From Dudresnaya verticillata (Eukaryota): a stretch of 64,000 nucleotides of DNA. The DNA lies in assembly GCA_977862235.1 (NCBI GenBank), contig OZ374557.1:1674001-1738000 (forward strand), written 5' to 3'. Both the position numbers and the translations under genes were made by a program. Under the pieces are notes generated by a model. It was not told where the DNA came from. It ran no database searches and saw nothing but the letters and a program-made list of their open reading frames with translations. Shown here piece by piece: positions 56,575 to 64,000 of this stretch (positions are counted from its first letter, which is position 1; every line of letters starts with the position of its first letter).

Positions 56575-58729
56575 CCTCAATTGAATCTATAATTGCCAAG
56601 ACTGACACGACTCTCATGGGCCCATGGGCCGCAGAGAGGTCTTTGCCACCTGATCCGAAGGTAGACTACAAGGGTATATCAGACTGGTTCATAGTGTCCG
56701 AGGTAGCTTCGCTGATCGCAGCTGGTACCGCGCCGCCGGGAATATTCGACAGAGGGGTTTTCTGCACCATCAACGCCAGAAGGGTGGATCTCCCTTCGTG
56801 TCCTGCTGGCGTAACACCAAATCGGCTGTTCGCTTCGGGCCCATGTCTCAGTCCCGAGCCCCCATGGATTCGCCGCATGCCCGCATCAGTGTCAAGACTC
56901 TTTCGTCCTGAGGGCTTCGGAGATTTTGTCAAACCTTTGGCAAGCGCCTTTGGCATACAGTACAACGGGACTGCCACATGCGCTCACTCGCCGCACCTCC
57001 ACTGGTATCGCACCGTACCTTCTGCTCCCGTCAACTTTCCTCCGGCACGTGTGCATGCGATACCCGGTCACTTCGAGCTTGTGCTTGGCCGTGCGCAGCT
57101 AGCGGGAATGCTTGAATGGTCCCTACTTCAAGATGAGACTGTAGCCTACAGGCAATTGGCGGACCAGCTGACTATGACCTCTTTCGCAGTGGCAAAGGAT
57201 ATGGAAAGGGATAGGTTGATTAGCTGGCCTCGCGTCCAGAACGCGTTGCTTCAAGACGCTCCCCAGGTTGACCTCCCCGATCCTTCGCTTTTTGACAACA
57301 TCAGACTACATCAGGGTATGAAGGTCGGCTCCTTTTACTTTGACGTATCCAACATGTTTCACAATTTGCGTCTCCCGTCATGCTTGGTCCAACTTTTTCC
57401 GTTGCGCACCGTGACCTTTTCACGTCTACCCCAGGAGTTACGCTCAGCTCTCCAGGCTTGATTCAACCACCGCCTGCAGCCCGGCGACCGGATTCGCCCG
57501 CTACAGGCAACATTCCCAATGGGATTTAAGTGGGCAGTATTTCTCGCACACAGTTTCGCTCAGCAACTGGTGCAAGAAGGTTGGCAGGTTTTCAGACGAC
57601 TTGCTCCAAACATCCCTTCGCTTCAACTAGGAGAGATGCACCCCATCTCCCGGGACAAGGGGATAGTCTTCGTCCAGCCTGGTGATGCGTTACTCTGCCA
57701 TATAATTGACGATGTTAACTTGTTTGCATACAGTTGGCCGGATCACGCGATAAGCATGTTGCACCGAATATTTGAGAAATGCTTCCGTGACGCCTTCCTA
57801 CCCATCAAAAGAAGCAAGTCTTCGCAACCGGGAAGTATCGAGAGCAATCTTGTGAGAGCTCTCGGGTGGGAATGGGATCTGAGAAAGGGGTCATACGACC
57901 GCGCACATGTGCAGTTCAACATGTTCTGCATGAAGCCCTGCCGCTCCTGGCAACAAATGCTCCTAATCCTGACCATCTGAAGCACGTCTTAGGGAAGTTT
58001 ATCTGGATCGCGCTCGGAACTCGCCCTTCGCTGTCGATTTTCTCACAAGTCTTTCGGCTTGTAGACGCTTCGCGCCCTCGCTGTGATGACTACAGGGCGT
58101 TCAAAGCTGCAAGGAAGTAACTCAGTCTTTTCGCTGCAGTCACGCCGTTCATTCGTGTCGACTTAACGCGCGAGTACTGGTACACAGTGCTGGCAACGGA
58201 TGCTTCGGAGTGTGCTGGAGCTGTTATATATGCACAAGCAAACGTCCAGGAGCTTCGTCACATTGAGAGTGCCTTTCGAAATTGCGTCGTGTCTCAATTC
58301 AGAGAAAATCAGTCGTCATCGACACTACCAGGAACAAACATCCAGTCTCGCCGTTCGAACGGAGTTACTTACACCGACCATATCGCTCGCTTCGTCAAGG
58401 CACGGAGGTGGCGCACAGCTTTCATTCACCGTTGGCGTTATCCCGAGCACATTAATGCATTGGAAGCTAAGGCGATTGTGATGGCCGTGGAGTGGGCCTG
58501 CTCTTTCAAGATAACCGGGCGACGCATTCCTCTTCTGACGGATTCAATGGTTGCACTCAGTGCCTTTTCCAAAGGTCGCTCGTCGTCACCCCGGCTATGC
58601 CTTCCCTGTCGGAGGCTTGCAGCGCTCTCCATAGCACACGATTTGCAGGTGACATTCTGCCACGTCCCAACCTCACTCAACCCAGCCGACGACCCCTCGC
58701 GCCCCCAACAGGCAGGGCAACCGTCCTAG
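55980..58729 (+). pseudogene. Reverse transcriptase plus RNase H (DIRS-type), disrupted
   Basis: FAVAK...RLI, FDVSNMFH, PMGFKWA, IIDD (YxDD variant), LGWEWD; RNase H TDAS, HINALE, TDS, NPADDPSR. Stops at 57459-61 and 58118-20; frameshift near 57890. Confidence 0.88.
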
Positions 58730-60189
58730 CACCGCTCATGAAATACAGCTCCCCGCCCCACCCTCGCGTGATAAGCGGGCGTGCCGCTGTGCGCAGCAGA
58801 AAGCCTCATAGTCATCACGGTGGCGCAGAGCTAAGCCCGGCAGCTGCAATTCTCTACCAAATGCGTCGTGAACGCAGCCGCAACTTCCGAAGAGAACTAC
58901 CTTCCGTGCGGTACGACCAGTCGTGCCCTCAACTGCACTTGAGCCCGTCTGCAAGGCTTGTGTCAGCCATTAGGAAGCCCTCCCGAGGAAGACGCGGAAT
59001 GATGCAGGCACCGGCAGTGGCCGAGATTAGGACGGCTGTCGATGTACATGCGCATGCGCATGTCGGCGCCGACCTGCAGGTCGGGAACAACCACGGGCAT
59101 TCAAGGCGGTTGCCCAGTCGACGTTCGAGTTCGGTATACTTGAGGACAGGGCAATCCCACCGCGTGCCTGACATACCGCAACCTCTCAGGCCTCGGCATA
59201 GCTTGCAAGCATTGTTTCGCCAACTTCCGCTTTTAGGATTCACTATCAAGAGCAGCACCTTGCGCGTTTATAGTGATGCGCTAAACGAATTCCTCGCCAA
59301 GACAGACTGTCCGGACATCAGCAGGTGCTCAGATGCGGAGCTTGACTGCCGCATTGCTGGTCATATACAATACCAGTATGACCACCTACCTTCCGCCGGG
59401 CAGCGTCAGAAGATGGTTAACCTCATCGCTGCCCTAGGGCTCCTGCGTCCTAGCACAAGAGAGGGCCTCAGACACTCGCGTCGTTGTCTTCAGGGCTGGA
59501 ATCGAAAAGTGCCGAGAAAATCGGCAGTGCCGCTTACAAAAGAGCTAATGATGGCCTTTGTCGCTTTTTTCTTATGCAAGGGAAAAGCTAATGTTGCTAT
59601 TGCGTTAGCTGTCTCGTGGAGTGCATATTTACGCGCATCAGAGGTGCTGAAGCTTACTGTGCGAGATATTGCGCTCCCTGGGGACCCACGATTGATGGGC
59701 ACGTGCCGGTCGCTTGGAGGAATAAATTTCACCGATGCCAAGAAAGGTCCGAGGCAGTTCGCGCCGGTTCGTTTTCCTGTAGTCCTAACACTGCTATGCT
59801 CTTATCTCAAGACTTTCTCTCAACAAACACGACAAAGGCTCTTCGACCTGACGTACGATGAATACCTTAATGCGATCAAGAGGGCGGCTTCCTTTTATGG
59901 TCTGGATCGTTTTCGCTTCCTAACCCACTCCGCACGTATTGGAGGCGCCCTTCATGACTATTGTAATGGCGTGTCGGCCGAGACCATTTCGATCAACGGC
60001 CGGTGGGCCAGTCTGGCTTCACTTCGGTACTACCTGACAAATGGGCGAGCCTGGTTGCTCTCTCTGTCTCTATCATCAGAAAGCCAGACATTGATATCTT
60101 CAGCTTCTCGGTACTCTCAACGTCTGGTTCGAGACCTGGATGAAAAGCGCAAGACAGAACTGCATTCCTGCAGAATGGATATGGGCTAA
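58492..60189 (+). CDS. Tyrosine recombinase of the retroelement (open frame; core from ~59200; start uncertain)
   Basis: Catalytic set YLRASE (R), AKKG (K), HSARIGGA (HxxR), GRW (W), and LRYY (Y). Confidence 0.88.
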   Translation: MGLLFQDNRATHSSSDGFNGCTQCLFQRSLVVTPAMPSLSEACSALHSTRFAGDILPRPNLTQPSRRPLAPPTGRATVLAPLMKYSSPPHPRVISGRAAVRSRKPHSHHGGAELSPAAAILYQMRRERSRNFRRELPSVRYDQSCPQLHLSPSARLVSAIRKPSRGRRGMMQAPAVAEIRTAVDVHAHAHVGADLQVGNNHGHSRRLPSRRSSSVYLRTGQSHRVPDIPQPLRPRHSLQALFRQLPLLGFTIKSSTLRVYSDALNEFLAKTDCPDISRCSDAELDCRIAGHIQYQYDHLPSAGQRQKMVNLIAALGLLRPSTREGLRHSRRCLQGWNRKVPRKSAVPLTKELMMAFVAFFLCKGKANVAIALAVSWSAYLRASEVLKLTVRDIALPGDPRLMGTCRSLGGINFTDAKKGPRQFAPVRFPVVLTLLCSYLKTFSQQTRQRLFDLTYDEYLNAIKRAASFYGLDRFRFLTHSARIGGALHDYCNGVSAETISINGRWASLASLRYYLTNGRAWLLSLSLSSESQTLISSASRYSQRLVRDLDEKRKTELHSCRMDMG

Positions 60190-60938
60190 CCCTCCCACCC
60201 CAATTGAGGGGTGGCGTGCTCCTACGCCCGGACCAATTGTGGTCCAGGGGCGCTTGGCGATTGAGCCTTGGGAGCACTCAGGGTCCCCGATATAGACATA
60301 TCTTCGAAAACCTTTACACGTAAAGGTGAGTTCTGGGCTTCTGTTTTAGCCACATAATAGCACGGTTAAATCTGTTCGATCGCGGTTTTCACTGGTGTCG
60401 CTCATCGGAGATATGTGTGGCTGCAGACGATTCACTCGTTCGGACATGGTTCCGAGTTGCAAGACTCGTAAATATTTTTAAATATCAGGCCGGCTGGCGG
60501 GCAAGTCCGCGAAGCTCAGAGGAGACGGAGCTTCAACACTAACCAATCACTTCCCACTAGGACATGGAAAACGGGCACTAAGTGGGCCAATTGGACCAAT
60601 CGCTGCTAAAAGGGGTCCAGATATTTGGGGTCCTCTCATGGTACTGTAATGCATGATACTGTAAGAGATTCGTGTCTCATACGTCGCTGTTTGTCGGGGC
60701 GCCGCCGTCCACGCGCCCGAATTGACTCGGGTGCGGTCGCTGCGCAGAAACAAAAAGTTGGGACATGCGCGAAGCGCATCCTTTAGGTCCGAGGGCAGAG
60801 AGAGACGGACCTACGCCAAACCTAGAGGGGGGCCAATTGTGCCCGCTGACTTCGTTCCGCCCCTCGCTTCGTCCTATCTACTTCTTCATCCTTCCAGGCA
60901 CCCTCCCTTGCTTTTCACCGCGAGCGTACGCGTCACTA

Positions 60939-60961
60939 AGTCCGGGTCTACGAGTTGATAT
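60939..60961 (+). repeat. Right copy of the exact 23-bp direct repeat
   Basis: Identical to 49836..49858; 11,103-bp spacing. Confidence 0.95.
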
Positions 60962-61764
60962 TTGTCATGCAGGCACGTGCACACACGCTCTAGCACGGAT
61001 GGACTGCCATTAATTTGTACGTTAATTTTTTGCGTCGACTGGGGCAATAAAAATGCCCGCGGGGCATTCGGGACGCCAGAATGCGGGTAGTCGCCACGGC
61101 GCCGGTTGCTTCCTGGCGGGGCCGTGGTCCACTTTTGCAACTTGCGGAGTTGCAATGTAGCCACTTTTCCGTCGCCTGACTGTAAAGTGTAGTTGTCACA
61201 TGCTGTCATATTCTGGAGGTTGAAGCAGCAGTCAAATCCCGAGATTGTCAGCAAACGAAATCTGGGACAGCGGTTTCCGAACTTGGCACAGCGGACACCG
61301 ACTTTGGACTGTCACCCAGTCTTCAGAAGGCTACCATGGACGCATTTGCGGAAGAAACTATCACGGATGCAACACTTCCTGCCACGTCTACCACGTACCA
61401 GGTGGCGTTTCATCTACACGCCAGCTGGCGCCCATTGGGCGGGTGTATGCCAAGTGGCCCCTTCGCTGTACTTTCTACGCTCTAATCACAAATTCCCGGA
61501 AGTCAAGCCGGCCAGAGATAGCCGACTGTAGATAGCATCATAAAGTCTACATCACTGTGGCCTCGTACCCAAGGTCACTGCCATGGCAATCGTCACAAAC
61601 ACCGTCGCGTCGCATTGCGTACCTGCACACGTTCCCGCGCCACAACCGGCCCGGTGCCGCCGGGTACGAACATTGCAACACCCATATCGTCATCGAACCG
61701 CACGTTTACGGAGCAGAGCAGCAGCGGGAGCATTTTCCGAGCCCTATCACGCACGTCATCCCAA

Positions 61765-62018
61765 TAGCCGCCGGGCCGTTCCCCTCCATGTGGAAGAGGG
61801 AGCGCGCCCTTGAGCGCGCTACGAGGCTGCTGCGCACTGTGCCATGGAGACTGCCGCCCACTTATCGCGCTGTCTAGATCAGGTCTGGTCAGCTATCCGC
61901 CGGGGTTGCAAGCCTCATCGTCTACGAGCTGGCTCGCCACAATTGTAGAGTTAACCCTGCTAGCCGCCGGGCCGTTCCCCTCCATTTGGAAGAGGGAGCG
62001 CGCCCTTGGGCGCGCTAC
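61765..62018 (+). repeat. 58-bp direct repeat (61765..61822 and 61961..62018, 2 mismatches) containing two hairpins
   Basis: TAGCCGCCGGGCCGTTCCCCTCCATKTGGAAGAGGGAGCGCGCCCTTGRGCGCGCTAC occurs twice. Confidence 0.92.
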
Positions 62019-62243
62019 AGGTTTGGCGCTCCTCGGGGGGACTGCTATACTGTATTGTTAAAGCTCATATATCATCTTTAAGTCGTAACGCACGAATGAT
62101 AACGCAATGGACACAAGTCTGTGGGGGTTTTATATACCAATATCTTTAAAGCTCCACAAGTTGCAGAGGTAATAGCGTCCATGAGATTAGTAAGAGAGCA
62201 GTAGCTACTAGTCATCTCCTTTGATGTACGTCTGTGACGCGGT

Positions 62244-63716
62244 TCAGTTATAATTTTCCCTCAAACGCTGCATTTGTTTCTCGAAGAGGAATCGGTTGTA
62301 CTCCTCTGTGAAGGCGTTGGAACCTTCTTTCAGTTTCTGTTGTCTGACCCTTGTCTTATGCTTCTTGGAGTTTACGTGTGCTTCCCATGATGCACTACCA
62401 ACGCACTCAAGACTGCAGAGCTCGCACTTCTTCCGAACATCATCTTTAACCCTCTTTGGTTTTCGCCCCCACACCCCGGGCTGCGCTTTCCCACCACACC
62501 CACGGCCTCCATAGTGGTGACGCTTTTGAGGCGGGTTATAATCGTCGAATCCCCATGACCTTTTCGAACCAAGCGCGTAGGACGCGGGCACGGGCGCGGG
62601 TTTGGGCGCTGGCACGGGTATTGGCACGGGCGCCGGCACACTGTTAAGTCTCGGCACCCCCACCGTTTTTCGAGCTGCGGCATTCCCGCGCATGGTCGTG
62701 GGTGGCGATACCAGACCAGGTCCAGATGCGGGCCTGGGCGCGGGAATGGGCACAGACACGGGCGCAGGCACACTGCGAGGTCGAGGAACCACCGGGCCCC
62801 TCGTTTTGCAACCTGCGGCACTACCGCGCGTGCTAGCGGGTGGGGATGCCGGAATAGGTCCGGACTTGGGTGCCAGCGCGGGCACGGACGCCGGCACGGG
62901 CACCGGCGTGGTCGCAGGCACACTGCGGAGTCGAGGCAATCCCGTTGGTTTGCAACCTGCGGCACTACCGCGCGTGCTAGCGGGTGGGGATGCCGGAATA
63001 GGTCCAGACTTGGGTGCAGGCGCGGGCATGCCCGCGGGCGCCGACACGGGCGCCGGCGTGGTCGCAGGCACACTGCGGAGTCGAGGCAATCCCGTTGGTT
63101 TGCAACCTGCGGCACTACCGCGCGTGCTAGCGGGTGGGGATGCCGGACCAGGTCCAGACTTGGTTGCAGGCGCGGTCGCTGGCACGGGCACGGGCGCGGG
63201 CGCGGGCACTGGCGCGGGCGCGGGCGCGATCACGGTTACCGGCACGGGCGCGGGTGAGGATGCGAGTGAACGAGTCGCATCACCTCCTCCACTATGATAC
63301 CCATCCTTCGAGAGCCTAGTTTCTTGTCCATCACCCGTAGTACCAGCTTTCTGTTTCCGACCGCTTCTCTTTCTTCCGCCGCGACCTCGAGACTTCCTTC
63401 TTTTTCCTCCTCCCTCCTTGCTACACTCAGAAATCACAACCCGTAAGTACTCCACGAGCCCCTTTCCACCGCGCGAGGCCCTCGCCTGCTTCCGGCACTT
63501 CTCTTCTTGAACCCTCATGGCCTCTATCGGCGCTTTTTGCACTTTGTACAAATCATATATACGCTGTGAGAAACCTTTCGGTAAACCAGGCGGAGCCGTA
63601 CAGACTGAAGAGGTGTTCAAAGCTCCACTGCTCGAGCTCGACTGTGGTACTCTCCCATCATGCAAATTCGGGCCAGCGGGTTCGCCGCTGCTAGAGAGAC
63701 GTTTTTGGGCAGACAT
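62244..63716 (-). CDS. Pro/Ala-rich repeat protein with a C-terminal U1/matrin-type C2H2 zinc finger
   Basis: CELC...HVNSKKH, basic NLS-like stretch, and 3-4 internal repeats of ~48-50 aa (144-150 bp). First ATG at 63716. Confidence 0.65.
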   Translation of the reverse strand: MSAQKRLSSSGEPAGPNLHDGRVPQSSSSSGALNTSSVCTAPPGLPKGFSQRIYDLYKVQKAPIEAMRVQEEKCRKQARASRGGKGLVEYLRVVISECSKEGGGKRRKSRGRGGRKRSGRKQKAGTTGDGQETRLSKDGYHSGGGDATRSLASSPAPVPVTVIAPAPAPVPAPAPVPVPATAPATKSGPGPASPPASTRGSAAGCKPTGLPRLRSVPATTPAPVSAPAGMPAPAPKSGPIPASPPASTRGSAAGCKPTGLPRLRSVPATTPVPVPASVPALAPKSGPIPASPPASTRGSAAGCKTRGPVVPRPRSVPAPVSVPIPAPRPASGPGLVSPPTTMRGNAAARKTVGVPRLNSVPAPVPIPVPAPKPAPVPASYALGSKRSWGFDDYNPPQKRHHYGGRGCGGKAQPGVWGRKPKRVKDDVRKKCELCSLECVGSASWEAHVNSKKHKTRVRQQKLKEGSNAFTEEYNRFLFEKQMQRLRENYN

Positions 63717-64000
63717 CAGGAGAACTGTAGATACGACAAAACAGGCGATGCAGAAGCTCAGTTCCCTCTGGCACAGTTTGCCGGGGAGCTTTGCGAATGC
63801 GCGCGCCGCTGAGCGAAACCTCGAAGGGACAGCAGTCGGCAGGGCAGTCAAACGTTCTCTTCGTTTCACCGGTACGAGAGAGTGACATGGGTAGTTGTAG
63901 CGGCTTGTGCCCCTCAGGTAGATTTAACAGCTGCAACTTTCCAGAAAGACTGCCTAGCGATAGGTGTAGGCTGCGGTGACCGCAGAGCAGGCGCTGCAGC

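Larger units (their letters stand above)
55147..60189 (+). mobile_element. Tyrosine-recombinase (DIRS-order) retrotransposon, degenerate; termini undefined
   Basis: Overlapping ORFs in the order gag-like, RT/RNase H, YR on one strand. Confidence 0.9.

Noticed and set aside
60189..60940. Hammerhead ribozyme
   Set aside because: No CTGANGA…GAAA core found in a suitable arrangement.

Overview
Gene-dense eukaryotic nuclear DNA with few, short GT-AG introns (CTRAC branch points) and an 'AAF'-type plastid transit peptide on hemL. This fits a multicellular red alga (inference). From 1 to 49.6 kb most genes are housekeeping: asparagine synthetase, hemL/GSA, GT2, ISWI, RluA-type pseudouridine synthase, ChaC, VPS4, BTB-BACK-MATH, NDUFB3, RPL30, NOC2, SDS22, an importin-beta-like protein and a 2OG-Fe(II) oxygenase. 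Several genes are unusual: an LRR-less Roc-COR-TIR gene with a hidden spliced N-terminal domain, a head-to-head pair of DEG/ENaC-like two-TM channel paralogs, a divergent QueC-like gene, and a tandem VPS4 paralog with degenerate catalytic motifs. From 49.8 to 61 kb there is an 11.1-kb block bounded by an exact 23-bp direct repeat. It contains a full-length but inactivated nitrate reductase (two nonsense codons plus a Tc1 insertion), a DIRS-order tyrosine-recombinase retroelement (decayed gag and RT/RNase H, open YR) and a hairpin-dense 3' region. This block is a candidate cargo-carrying element. All family calls come from manual motif recognition; no searches were run.
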